Below the pieces are notes generated by a model. It did not search any database. It worked only from the letters and a program-made list of their open reading frames with translations, and was not told the origin of the DNA. Shown here in pieces: positions 26,576 to 39,902 of a stretch of 64,000 nucleotides of DNA. The stretch comes from Squalus acanthias (lineage: Eukaryota). The first letter of the stretch is position 1. Every line of letters begins with the position of its first letter. The translations under genes were made by a program, and so were the position numbers. The stretch covers positions 143,656,001-143,720,000 of the forward strand of contig CM059431.1 in NCBI GenBank assembly GCA_030390025.1. The letters run 5' to 3'.

Positions 26576-29500
26576 TCATAAAAAGAGTATGAGCAGCTAG
26601 GGGTCAAATAAAAAAAAACAGAAACTCAAGGGTATTAATCTCTGGATTATTACCTGAGCCACGAGCGAATTTGGATAGGACAAATAAAATTAGAGAGTTA
26701 AATGAGTGGCTCAAAGATAGGTGTGGGAGAAATGGGTTTTGCTTCCTGGGACACTGACACCAGTACTGGGGCAGGAGGGAGATGTTCCGTTGGGACGGGC
26801 TTCACTTGGCCAGTGCTGGGACTAGAGTCCTGGCGGATCATATAACTAGGGCTGTAGAGAGGGCTTTAAACTAACTAGTGGTGGGGGAGGTTCCTAGAGA
26901 GCAAATAATAAACATGACAACAGAGAAGGTCATAGACTTAGGTAGCAGTGGGGAAATTTAAAACCAGAGTGTGTCAGGAAGGGGCAGAAGGTATGGAGTA
27001 AAAGGTAAGGTAATAAAAAGGGCAAAAGCAGGAACTAAGTGTCACAAAACATATTTGAAAGTTCTCTATCTGAATGCACGTAGCATTCGTAACAAAATAG
27101 ACGAGTTAATGGCACAAATAACTACATATGGGTATGATCTTGTGGCCATTACAGAAACATGGCTGCAGGGTGACAATGCCTGGGAATTAAACATACCAGG
27201 TTATTTAACGATCAGGAAGGACAGGCAGGAAGGAAGGGGAGGTGGGGTGGCTATGTTAATAAGGGAAGGAATCACTGTAATACAGATAAATGATATTGGG
27301 TCAAAAGATCAGGATAATGAAACAGTTTGGGTGGAGATAAGGAATAAAAAGGGGAAAAAACACTAGTGGGCATAGTCTATAGGCCTCCGAACAGTTGCAA
27401 CTCTGTTGGACGGAGTATCAATCAGGAAATAGTTGAGGCTTGTAATAAGGGAACATCTTTAATTATGGGGGATTTTAACTATCATATTAATTGGACAAAT
27501 CAAATTGGGCAGGGCTGCCTTGAGGATGAGTTCATTGAGTGTATTAGGGATGGGTTTCTTGAGCAGTATGTAACTGAACAGACCAGGGGGCAAGCAACCT
27601 TAGATCTGGTCCTGTGTAACGAGACAGGATTAATTAAAAATGTCCTAGTAAAGGATCCCCTTGGAATGAGTGACCATAACATGGTTTAATTCCATATTCA
27701 ATTAGAGGGTGAGAAGGTTGGATCTCAAACAAGCGTGCTAAGCTTGAATAAAGGAGACTATGAAGGTATGCGAGCAGAATTGAGTAGAGTGGATTGGGAA
27801 AATAGATTAAAGGGTAAGACGATACAAGATCAGTGGTGTACATTTAAGGAGTTATTTTACTACTTCCAAAAAATATATATTCCACTGAGAAGAAAAGGGT
27901 GTAAAAGAAACGACAGTCATCCATGGCTCAGTAAAGAAATTAAGGATAGTATTCGACTAAAAACAAGGATTAAAAGGTAGCCAAATCTAGTGGGAGGATA
28001 GAGGATTGGGAAAACTTTAAAAGACAGCAAAAAATAACAAAAAGATTGATTAAGAAAGGGAAGATAGATTATGAAAGTAAATTAGCAAAAAATATAAGAA
28101 CAGATAGTAAGAGTTTTTATAGTTATATAAAAAGTAAAAGGGTGGCTAAAGTAAATGTTGGTCCCATAGAGGATGAGACCGGGAAATTAATGGTGGGAAA
28201 TATGGAGATGGCAAATACACTGAATTAATATTTTGTATCAGTCTTTACAGTAGAGGACACTAAGAATATCCCAACACTGGACCAACAGGGGGCTAAAGGG
28301 GGGGGGGGGGAGGAGCTAAACACGATCAAAATCACTAAGGAAGTGGTACTCGGTAAAATAATGGGACTCAAGGCGGATAAATTACCTGGACCTGATGGCT
28401 TACATCCTAGGGTCTTGAGAGAAGTGGCGGTAGGGATTGTGGATGCATTGGTAATAATTTTCCAAAACTCCCTGGACTCAGCAAAGATCCCGGCAGACTG
28501 GAAAACTGCTAATGTAACACCCTTATTTAAAAAGGGCAGTAGACAGAAGGCTGGAAACTGTAGACCAGTTAGCCTAACATCTGTGGTAGGTAAAATTTTG
28601 GAGTCCATTATTAAGGAGACAATAACGGGACATTTGGATAATCATAATTAAATAGGACAAAGTCAGCATGGTTTTCTGAAGGGGAAGTCATGTTTGACAA
28701 ATTTGCTGGAGTTCTTTGAGGAAGTAACATACAGGGTGGATAAAGGGGAACCAGTGGATGTGGTGTATTTCGACTTCCAAAAGGCATTTGACAAGGTGCC
28801 ACACAAAAGATTATTGCTTAAGATAAAAAATCATGGGATTGGGGGTAATATTCTGGCATGGATAGAGGATTGGCTATCTAACAGATGGCAGAGAGTTGGG
28901 ATAAATGGTTCATTCTCAGACTGGCAATCGGTAACTAGTGGTGTTCCACAGGGGTCAGTGCTGGGTCCCCAACTCTTTACAATCTATATTAATGATTTGG
29001 AGGAGGGGACCGAGTGTAACATATCAAAGTTTTCAGATGATACTAAGATGGGAGGGAAAGTAGTGAATGAGGAGGACATAAAAAATCTGCAAGGGGACAT
29101 AGACAGGCTAAGTAAGTGGGCAGAGATTTGGCAGATGGAATACAATACTGGAAAGTGTGAGGTTATGCACTTTGTCAGGAAAAATAGTAGAGCAAGTTAT
29201 TATCTTAATGGCAAGAAACTGGAAAGTACTGAAGTACAAAGGGATCTGGGGGTCCTGGTGCACGAAACTCAAAAGGTTAGTATGCAGGTGCAGCAAGTGA
29301 TTAATAAGGCCAATGGAATGTTGGCTTTCATTGCTAGGGGGATAGAATATAAAAATAGGGAGGTATTGCTTCAGTTGTACAAGGTATTGGTGAGACCGCA
29401 CCTGGAATACTGCATACAGTTTTGGTGTCCGTACTTAAGAAAAAACATACTTGCTCTCGAGTCAGTACAAAGAAGGTTCACTCGTTTAATCCCGGGGATG

Positions 29501-30100
29501 AGGGGGTGGACATATGAGGAGAGGTTGGGTAGATTGGGACTCTACTCATTGGTGTTCAGAAGAATGAGAGGCGATCTTATTGAAACATATAAGATTGTGA
29601 AGGGGTTGGATCGGGTGGATGCGGGGAGGATGTTTCCGATGATGGGTGAAACTAGAACAAGGGGGCATAGTCTTAGAATACGGGGCTGCTCTTTAAAAAC
29701 TGAGATGAGGAGGAACTACTTCACTCAGAGGGTGGTAGGCCCATGGAATATGCTGCCCCAAAAAGCTGTAGAAGCTACATCATTACATAAATTTAAAAAG
29801 AAATAGACAGTTTCCTAGAAGTAAAGGGAATTAAGTGTTACGGGGAGCGGGCAGGAATTTGGACATGAGTCTAGGTTCGGATCGGTCATGGCCCTATGGG
29901 TAGCATAGCGTGCTCAGGGGCCGTGTAGCCTGATCCTGCTCCTATTTTGTGTGTCCAATTCTGTTAGGTTCAGGAGATGGTTCTGTTATAGTAGATTGGC
30001 GGTTAGGATCAGATCAGCCATGATCTTATTGAATGGAGGAGCGGGCTCGAGGGGCCGATTGGCCTACTCCTGCTCCTATTTCTTATGTTCTTATGTTCTT
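26576..30100 (+). mobile_element. CR1 LINE, end of ORF1 plus ORF2; least decayed CR1 copy
   Basis: Endonuclease ORFs 26971-27689 (YLNARSI, ITETWL, MGDFN, SDH), RT ORF 28694-29806 (370 aa), (ttcttatg)n tail. Confidence 0.95.
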
Positions 30101-30429
30101 ATATCCCAACACATTGGCAGCTAAACCTTTACCTTGCTTCCCAGGCTAGCTGCTCTCTATGTCTCATCCTTACTGTGGCTAATATCCATCTTTCACCCAC
30201 AGCCTCCCTATTCGGCTATAGCAATCCTCTTTCTCACCCAGGCTGTCAGGTTACAGCTAAATCACAGAGTTTTAATTATAAGCAAAAGGATTACATATCA
30301 TATATAATTCAGGTTACCATTGCATAAAATTGATGATAACAGATGTCTACATTTAATTCTTACACACGATTATAAAATCATCACAGATGATTTGGACTGG
30401 AGGAAGTTATACACTGGTGTATAACTTAT

Positions 30430-33400
30430 GCAGCAGCAGCGGCTGCAGTGTGGACCTGGGAGGAGCGGCGAGGCGGCAGCGGTGGTATAAAGTAAGCCCG
30501 AGCCACAGGTAGGCCCCACAGCCGCAGCAGCAGCGGCGGCAGTGCGGACCTGGGAGGAACGGCGAGGCGTCAGCGGCGGCACCAACTCAGCACCGGCAGA
30601 ATTTTCATAGAGTGATGTCAGAATTCAAAAGTGAGAATCTGGTAAGTATTTATACTTGGCTTTCTCAAAGCTTTTAAGTTTATTCCAGCTAGGTTAGTAA
30701 ATAGTCTGTTAATTAGACGTATGGCAGGGCAGCTCACACCCGTGGAATGACCATCCTGTGCCATGTGGGAAGTCCTGGATACCTCCCGTGGTCTGGACGA
30801 CCACATGTGCGTGAAGTGTCGCCAGCTACAGCAGCTCGAGCACCGGGTTACGGAGCATGAGCAGCGGCTGCAGTCACTGTTGTGCATCCGCGAGGCTGAG
30901 AGCTACGTGAGAGAGGTGGTCACCCCGCAGCTTAAGAGTGTGCAGGCAGAGAAGGAATGGTTGACTGTCAGACAGAAGAGGAGGACCAGGTAGGTAGTGC
31001 AGGAGTCCCCTGAGCCCATCTTGCTCAACAACCAGTATTCGGAGCTGGTACTGGTGAGGGCTATGGTTTCTCTGGGGAGTGCAGCCAGAGCCAAGTCCAC
31101 AGCACCAAGAAAGGCTCAGCTGCACGGGAGGAGGGGGGCGAGGAGGAGAGGGAGAGCAATAGTGATAGGGGATTCAATAGATAGGGGAGCAAACAGCCGT
31201 TTCTGCGGCCACAGACGCGATCCAAGGATGGTATGTTGCCTCCCTGGTTCCAGGGTCAAGGATGTCACTTAACGGCTGCAGGGCATTCTGAGGGGGGAGG
31301 GTGAACAGCCAGAGGTCGTGCTCCATTACGCTACCAACGACATAGGTAGGAAGAGGGTTGAGATTCTGCAGGCAAAGTTTAGGGAGCTGGATAGAGGTTA
31401 AAAAGCAGGACCTCAAATGTATTAATCTCCGGATTACTACCAGTGCCACGTGCTAGTAAGTACAGAAAGAGGAATATAGAGCAGATGAATGCGTGGCTGG
31501 AGAGATGGTGTAGGAGGGAGTGCTTTAGATTCCTGAGGAATTGGAACAGTTTCTGGGGGAGGTGGGGTCTCTACAAGCCAGAAGGGCTGCAGCTCAACGG
31601 GAACGGGACCAATATCCTCGCGGTAGGGTTTGCTAGTGCTGCTGGGGAGGGCTTAATCTAGCTTGGCAGGGGGATGGGAACATAAGAATAGAATCGGGAG
31701 GGAAGAAAAACTGGAATCGGAAAACAAAAACGTAGAAAGCAAATTGGAAGGACAGAGGAATCAAGGACTAGACAGTAGTCAACAAGGAGGTTTGCCTGTA
31801 CTAAATGGTATATACTTCAATGCAAGGAGTATAGCGAACAAGGCAGATGAGCTGAGGGCACAGGTAGATAATTGGGACTATGGTATTATAGCTATTACAG
31901 AGACGTGGCTGAAAGAGGGACAGGTATGGCAGCTCAACATTCCTGGTTACAGGATTTTCAGACTGGATAGAGGGGGAGGTAAATAGGGATGGGCAGTAGC
32001 GCTATTGATTAAATAAACTATTACAGCTGTGAGAAGGGATGATATGTTGGCGGGATCATCAAACGAGGCCATATGGGTCGAATTGAAAAACAAAAAATGG
32101 GCCATCATACAGCTGGGAGTGTACTACAGACCCCCAAACAATGAGAGGGAGATAGGAGAACAAATATGTAGACACATTTCTGAGAAGTGCAAAAACTATA
32201 GGGCTGTAATAGTAGGGGATTTCAACTACCCCAGTATTAACTGGGATAAAATTAGTGAGAAGGGTATAGAGGTTGTGGAATTCCTAAAATGCTTCCAGGA
32301 GAACTTGTTTAGCCAGTATGTAGCAAGCCCAACAAGGGAGGGGACGTGTCTGGACTTAGTTTTAGGGAATAAAGCTGGACAGTTAGAAGGTGTATCAATG
32401 CATTTTGGTGCTAGTGACCATATGTCAGTTAGATTTAAGGTAGTTATGGAAAAGGACAAGTATAGACCAGCAATAAAAATTCCCAATTGGGGAAAAGCAA
32501 ATTTTGCTAAGCTCAGAGAGGATTTAGCCATAGTGGACTGGAAACAGCTACATGAAGGTGAATCAGTGTCGGAGCAGTGGGAGGCATTCAAGGAGGAGAT
32601 CCGGAGGGTTCAGACCAAACATGTGCCCTTAAAGAAAAAAAGTGGGGCTAACAAATCTAGAGCCCCCCTGGATGTCTAGGGACATACAGGGTAGGATAAA
32701 GAAAAAAAGGGAGGCGTATGACAAATACCGAGTGCTAAATACTCCAGAATCTTTAGAGTATAGAAAGTGCAGGGTACAATTAAAAACGATATTAGGAAAG
32801 CAAAGATAGAGCATGCAAAATTCTTGGCAAGTAAAATCAAGGGAAACCAAAAGATGTTTTATAAATATATTAACATTAAGAGGATAACTAAAGAAAGGTT
32901 AGGGCCTATTAGAGATAATTAGGGTAATCTGTGTGTGGAGGTGGAAGACGTCGGTAGAGTTCTTAATGAATACTTTGCGCCTGTTTTCACAAAGGAGAGG
33001 GGCGAAGCAGAGATTGCTATTAGGGGGGAGGAGTGCGAAATAATAGATGAAATAAACATATTGAGAGAGGAAGTATTAAGGGGTTTTGCAGCTTTAAAAA
33101 TGGATAAATCCACAGGCCCGGATGAAATGTATCCCAGGCTGTTAAGCGAATCAAAAGAGGAAATAGCAGAGGCGCTGACCATCATTTTCCAATCCTCTCT
33201 GGCTTCAGGTGTGATGCCGGAGGACTGCTAATGTGGTACCTTTGCTTAAAAAGGGAGAAAGGGATATCCCGAGTAATTACAGGCCAGTCAGCCTAATCTC
33301 GGTGGTGGGAAAATTATTGGAAGAAATTCTGAAGGGAAGGATAAATCTTCATTTAGAAAGACACGGATTAATCAAGGATAGTCAGCACGGATTTGTTAAG

Positions 33401-34055
33401 GGAAGGTCGTGTCTGACAAATTTGATTGAAATTTTTGAGGAAGTGACAAGGAGGGTAGATGAGGGTAGTGCGTTTGGTATAGTGTATATGGATTTTGCAA
33501 GGCTTTTGATAAGGTTCCACATGGCAGACTGGTCACGAAGTTAAAAGCCCATGGGATCCAGGGGGAAATGTCAAGTTGGATTCAAAACTGTCTCGGAGGC
33601 AGGAAGCAGAGGATAATGGTTGATGTTTTTATTGTGACTGGAAGGCAGTTTCTAGTGGGGTTCCACAGGGCTCAGTACTAGGTCCCTTGCTTTTTGTAGT
33701 ATATATCAATGATCTAGACTTGAATATAGGGGTATGATTAAGAAGCTTGCAGATGAAACTAAAATCGACTATGTGGTTGATACCGAAGAAGGAAGCTGTA
33801 GACTGCAGGAAGATAACAATAAATTGGTCAGGTGGGCTGAACAGTGGCAAATGGAATTCAATCCGGTGAAGTGTGAGGTTATGCATTTGGGGAGGGCTAA
33901 CAAGGAAAGGGAATACACATTAAATGGTAGGACACTGAGTAATGTAGTGAAACAAAGGGAACTTGGAGTGCATGTCCACAGATCCCTGAAGGTAGCAGGC
34001 CAGGTAGATAAGGTGGTTAAGAATTCAAACGGTATGATTGCCTTTATTCGCAGTG
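30430..34055 (+). mobile_element. CR1 LINE with GC-rich 5'UTR, ORF1 and ORF2; 3'-truncated and decayed
   Basis: Duplicated GC-rich motif 30430-30585; ORF1 pieces 30763-31661 (CVKC, RAIVIGDS); ORF2 pieces 31663-34099. Confidence 0.92.
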
Positions 34056-34059
34056 TCAT

Positions 34060-35130
34060 AGAAAAGGAGCAGTACAAGGTGTTGGAGTGGCAGTGTTAGT
34101 GAATCATGAAATTACAGCGCTAGGAAACAATGACATCACAGACGTTGCAATGAGACAGAATTCACAAGGAGAGGGTTAAGGATTAGGTAAAGCCAAAGTA
34201 CAATTCTCGATGTACATAACCGAACGGTAAGCGTATATGATAGAAGGGGGGAATTGCAGCCAGTTCAAAGGATAATGTAAGAACAAAAGCTTAATAATAT
34301 TGGGAGATTGTATCTATCCCAAGGTAAACAGGGATAAACTGAATATGCGTGGTCAAAGTGGAGAACACATTTTAGAATGGATACGGGACTGCTTGTCAGT
34401 TCAGCATGTTTCAATTCAACAAGAAAATAAACATCGCTTGGTTTCATTCTGTAAATTTGAGTGTAGTAAATAACTGCATTGAGAGTAGGCGAGCAACTTG
34501 GAAATAGTGACCACCACATGTTGGAGAAAGGGGCGCATCAGAATGTTGGCCATTTTAACTTTGGGTAATAATGTAAAACGGATGATATCGGTTGGACCAC
34601 TCGTGATAAACCTCACGGAATTTTCCTTTCAATTAAAGTCATTCGGGAGAGATGTAAAACCGGCTGCCGATTCACTATCACTCGTTTTTCACTACGAAAT
34701 TCCGCCAGAATTACTCCCAGGGCAAGGAAATTCGAACGGGTCTATAATGGGCGGCTAAATGGACATCACCCATTGACCACTATCGCCCAGAGTTAAAATT
34801 ACCCACAATGTGAAACTTCAAATGAAGGCGTCTGATGAAGTTTGGGGCTATTAATGTTAAATATAATCAAGTGGAATGTAAAAAGTTTAATGGCGTTTTC
34901 AAACGGGAGAGTGGAAGGTTTAAAACAGGGTATTGAGCTGACAACAGGTAGCATAACAGCAAATAGTGAGGGCTTTTTTAAATATACAAAATTAAACAAT
35001 TAGTTAGACAGGGTAGGACCGATCAGGAATAATGTATGCGGTGGTGGGTAATTATGACATTGTGTGATGGTATAAAATGGACGATATAGAATTATCCGCC
35101 CAATATACACGATGAAGTCAATCGAATGGA
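34060..35130. repeat. Duplicated ~1.05-kb block, copy B (paralogous to 4120-5170)
   Basis: Colinear similarity with 4120-5170 over its length. Confidence 0.85.
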
Positions 35131-35540
35131 AAATTGGGCGTGGCATAAAATGGCGACCAATTCAATAACGTCCATTTTGCACCCGCGCCCAAAGTTAAAA
35201 TTACCCCCATGGAGTCTAATTGAGATGAATGTATGGTAATGATAGCTGATCTCATATATTAAGAAATGATCCAGCTTCGGATCACTGTTGTTGATTTCTG
35301 GTGTCCTGCGTTGCTGAGTTTCCATTATTACACTGATTTGCTGGACGTGTGGAAGCTGTTTTCCACCAGTTACTGAAGATAATGATTCTGATTCCATTTC
35401 AGTGAGCAGGCATCTCAGAACAGGAAAGCCTGGATCAAGCGCATGTTCTTCAGCTCCTTGACATACCTGGCACCACTCTCACTGCTGACAAGTTTCATCA
35501 TTTTCAACACATCAAGAGAAAGCCTCGCCGATATAATGGG

Positions 35541-35691
35541 TTTTATTTGAAATCACAAGCTTTCGGAGCGACCGCTCCTTCGTCAGGTGACGAAAGCTTG
35601 TGATTTCAAATAAAACTGCTGGACTATAACCTGGTGTTGTGCGACTTCTCACTTTTGTCCACCCCAGTCCAACACCGGCATCTCCGCATCA
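35541..35691. mobile_element. 151-bp Penelope terminal-repeat insert with inverted structure
   Basis: 12-bp TSD cgatataatggg (35529-35540, 35692-35703); 26-bp perfect inverted repeat 35540-35565/35591-35616; resembles PLE end at 39807-39900. Confidence 0.85.
35553..35590 (-). ncRNA. Minimal hammerhead ribozyme motif, intact core
   Basis: Minus strand TCAC CTGACGA A GGAGC GGTC GCTCC GAAA GC TT GTGA: stem I TCAC/GTGA, stem II GGAGC/GCTCC, palindromic stem III AGCT. Confidence 0.8.
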
Positions 35692-35819
35692 CGATATAAT
35701 GGGAGAGGACTTGGCCCACATTTCGCTGATCTGTGCGGTATGACTCTCTTTTTATATCCTGAGTCTAACCATTGAATATCTGCAAGTGTTAGGCGTCTAT
35801 ATGTTTGATTGGACTGCAT

Positions 35820-36580
35820 AGATGGATCACTATTACATATCTCGGTCTGTACCTGCCCCGTGAGTCTTTGAGGAGAAAATACAGTGGGAGCTTAACTGTG
35901 TATCAAACCCGTATTCTCACCCAAACAGTGTATAAAGAGCTTTACTCTGTATCTAACCCGTGCTATACCTTCCCAGGGAGGTTTTGATGGGACATTGTAT
36001 CGAAAGCTTCAAACTGTATCTAACCTGTGCTGTACATACCCAGGGAGTGTTTAATGGGACAGTATAGATGGAGCTTTACTCTGTATCTGACGCATGTTTT
36101 ATCTAACCCATACTGTACTTTACCTCATGTTAGTTGATGTGAATGTCTGATTGGGTATTGTACAGGACGTTTTATTCTGTATCTGACGCATGCTGCACCT
36201 TCCCTGTGAGTGTTTGATGGGAACAGTGTAGGGAGAGCTTTACTCCGTATATGACCTATGCTGTACCTACCCTGGGCGTGTTTTATGGGACAGTATAGAT
36301 GGAGCTTTACTCTGTATCTGACGCATGCTTTATCTAACCCTTACTGTTTATATCCTGACGGCAGTTGATGTGTGCGTTTCATGGGATATTGTAGAGGGAG
36401 TTCTGCTCTGTATCTGACCAGTGCCGTACCTGCCCTGGAAATATTAAATGGGACATTGTAGAGGGAGCTCTGGTTTGTATCTAACCCGTGCTGTACCTGC
36501 CCTGTGTTGGTGGGACAGTGTAGAGGGAGGTTTACTGTGTGTCAAACTCCTACTGTACCTAGCCTGATGGTAATTGATGG
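35820..36580. repeat. Degenerate ~67-bp tandem repeat
   Basis: Unit like ctgtatctaacccgtgctgtacctgccctgggagtgtttgatgggacagtgtagagggagctttact; ctgtatct at 35947, 36014, 36081. Confidence 0.85.
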
Positions 36581-37199
36581 TAGGTGTAGCTGATCTTAGT
36601 CTTGCTTAGGCACATAAGATTCTAGCATTTTCTCTGGGCATAGAATGAGGTGTTGGTAGAGAAGAATTTTATATATTTCTTAGAAATAATGAGGTTGTTC
36701 CACTTCTCCGGTCATTTTCAATCTTGCAAATTAAGGTTGGAAATCAGATTTGCTTTGATGTCCACTTCACATGCTCATTTTTAGCTATGTTGAGCTCAGA
36801 TGTTCGGCCTTTGACTTACTTCTAGATTTCTCAAGAACTGAAAGTGCTTGTCATGTAATAGGGTCCAGCGCTTTATTTTATCAAGAGAAGCTCAATCTGA
36901 CCTGCAATGGACCGTGGTAACACGTTACCATAAACGTGATTTACAAAGATTGCAATGGGAGAGTTTTACTCCACCTTTATTACAGACCTGCTCAATGTGA
37001 CACTTTGCTCCTCTTCTCTTCTGGCTACTGGTGTGTATCTACAACCTGGAACTGGTTAACCGGAGACAGTTACGCTCTGGCGCTGATTATGCTGATCGGA
37101 TTCATGTTCGTTTCGCTGTTCCTTTCAAAATGCTACTCCAGGTAAATGTTACTCTGACAGCGGAAGATGCAGTGGAACAAAAACAAAGGGAAAGTGACG

Positions 37200-37560
37200 T
37201 AAAGGGATAATACTAGGGAGACTGAAAGAGTCAGATACAGGGAGAGAGAGCAGAAATAGATGAAGGAAGCTAGATAGTATCAGAAAGAGAGACAGACATC
37301 CTCAAATAGACAGCGAGACCTAAGAGAAAAACACAGAGACAAGGAGAGACAGAAACAGAGAGAGGGGGCTTAAAGCGAAATACAGGCGAAGCAGTGGGAC
37401 AGAGATATAAAGAAGCAGAGAGAGAGAAGAAAGGCAGGTACAGAAAAAGAGAGCGAGGAGTCCAAGAGAACGGCAGGAAAAAAAAGAAAGGCAGAAAGAA
37501 AGAGAGCGAACGAGATTTTGAGACAAGAGAGATACAGCGAGAGAGAGAGAGAGAGTTTGA
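37200..37560. repeat. GA-rich low-complexity tract
   Basis: Purine-rich, ending in (ga)n at ~37538-37555. Confidence 0.8.
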
Positions 37561-37778
37561 AGGAGACTATTATCAGTGGAGGGGTAGGTATTTAACCATG
37601 GAGGAAGATTTCTGCAGGTGCAGTTTGCCAGATGTAAAATAATGCTAAATTGTGACTGAGGAGACGAGGAAACTGCTCATCCACACATGGTATCCTGGGC
37701 TGTGCTGATTTTCTTCCTGCATTTTTCAGCACCAAAACTACCCTATCGATGAAGGAGAAAAAGAAACTAGAAGCAAAC

Positions 37779-39902
37779 CGTCATACAGAACAGAATGGAC
37801 TATTGCAAAGAAGCATACCGACAACTGGGCAACCAGGAAGACTACAGACAGTTACCCGCAGATCCGACCAAAGAACACACCCGTCAACTCAATAGTCTGA
37901 TCAAGACCTTCGATCCAGACCTTCAAAGCCTCCTACGCGCTCTCATCCCACGTACTCCCCGCGTAGAAGACTTTTACTGCCTCCCAAAGATACACAAAGC
38001 CAACACACCCGGACGTCCTATCGTATCAGGCAACGGAACCCTGTGTGAGAACCTCTCTGGGTACGTCGAGGGCATCCTGAAAGCCATCGTACAGGGAACC
38101 CCCAGCTTCTGTCGCGATACTACAGACATCTTGCAGAAACTCAGCACCCATGGAAAAGTTGAACCAGGAACACTCCTCGCCACGATGGATGTATCGGCAC
38201 TCTACACCAATATCCCCCACGATGACGGCATCACTGTGACAGCCTCAGTACTCAACACCAACAACAGCCAATCTCCAGACGCCATCCTACAACTCATCCA
38301 CTTCATCCTTGACCACAATGTCTTCACCTTCGACAACCAGTTTTTTACCCAAACACACGGAACAGCCATGGGGACCAAATTCGCACCCCAATACGCCAAC
38401 ATCTTCATGCACAAGTTCGAGCAAGACTTCTTCGCTGCACAGGACCTCCAACCAACGCTGTACACCAGATACATCGATGACATCTTCTTCCTTTGGACCC
38501 ACGGCGAAGGATCACTGAAAGGACTACACAATAACATCAACAGGTTCCATCCCACCATCAAACTCACCATGGACTACTCCTCAGAATCGGTTTCATTCTT
38601 GGACATACGAATCTCCATCAAAGACGGACACCTCAGCACTTCACTCTACCGCAAGCCCGCGGACAACCTCACGATGCTCCACTTCTCCAGCTTCCACCCT
38701 AACCACGTTAAAGAGGTCATCCTCTATGGACAAGCCCTGCGAATACAGAGGATCTGCTAAGACGAGGAGGAACGCAATGGACACCTACGGACACTGAAAG
38801 ACGCCCTCGTGAGAATGGGATATGACGCTCGACTCATCGATCGACAGTTCCGACGGGCCACAGCGAAAAACCGCATAGACCTCCTCAGAAGTCGAACACG
38901 GGACACAACCAACAGAGTACCCTACGTCGTCCAGTACTTCCCCGGAGCGGAGAAACTACGCCATGTTCTTCGCAGCCTTCAACATGTCATCGATGACGAC
39001 GAACACCTTGCTAAGGCCATCCCCACGCCTCCACTACTCGCCTTCAAGCAGCCACCTAACCTCAAAAATACCATCGTTCGCAGCAAATTACCCAGCTGTC
39101 AGGAGAACAGCGAACACAACACCACACAACCCTGCCACGGCAACCTCTGCAAGACATGCCAGATAATCAACACAGATACCATCATCACACGTGAGAACAC
39201 TACCCACCAGGTACATGGTACATACTCATGTGACTCGGCCAACGTTGTCTACCTGATACGTTGTAGGAAAGGATGCCCCAGAGCATGGTATATCGGCGAG
39301 ACCATACAGACACTGAGACAACGTATGAACTGATACTGCACAACAATCGCCAGGCAGGATTGTTACCTCCCAGTCGGGGAACACTTCAGCAGTCAAGGAC
39401 ATTCACCCTCGGATCTGCGAGTTATCGTTCTCCAAGGCGGCCTTCGAGACACACGACAACGCAAAATCATCGAGCAGAAACTGATAGCCAAGTTCCGCAC
39501 CCATGACGACGGCCTCAATAGAGATCTCGGGTTCATGTCACGCTACAGACGGTGACTCGACATCGTTGTCTGTCTTTCCAATTTAAAAAAAAAACACAAA
39601 ATAAAGAAAACCAAAAAAAAAGGTTAAAAGCTCAACTGCAGATGGCAGGATTTGACACGTTGGACCCCCTGTGAGCCACCTCATTGTCTTGGCTGTGCTC
39701 TGGTGTGTCTTTGATGTAATGCCTCCCTGAAAGATTGTATCTCTGCAGACAAATTGCTTTCTGTGTTTATATACTGTGTAATACTGTAGATTCCCTCATT
39801 GTACCTTTACCTGACAAAGGGGCAACAGCTCCGAAAGCTCGTAATTTTAAATAAATCGGTTGGACTATTACCTGGTTTTGTGCGACTTCTCATTTATGTG
39901 CA
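37779..39902 (+). mobile_element. Penelope-like retroelement (RT plus GIY-YIG), 5'-truncated, in-frame stops
   Basis: ORF 37795-38760 (GRPIVS, DVSALYTNI, GTAMG, RYIDD), ORF 38809-39333 (VVYLIRC..WYIGET); terminal repeat with hammerhead motif. Confidence 0.93.
39807..39844 (+). ncRNA. Minimal hammerhead ribozyme motif (core G-to-A variant)
   Basis: TTAC CTGACAA A GGGGC AACA GCTCC GAAA GC TC GTAA; stem I TTAC/GTAA. Confidence 0.68.

Noticed and set aside
28694..29806. Active autonomous CR1
   Set aside because: Upstream ORF2 has several stops and frameshifts, ORF1 is truncated and the catalytic motif reads FSDD
37320..37642. Charged and hydrophobic ORFs
   Set aside because: Products of the GA-rich low-complexity tract
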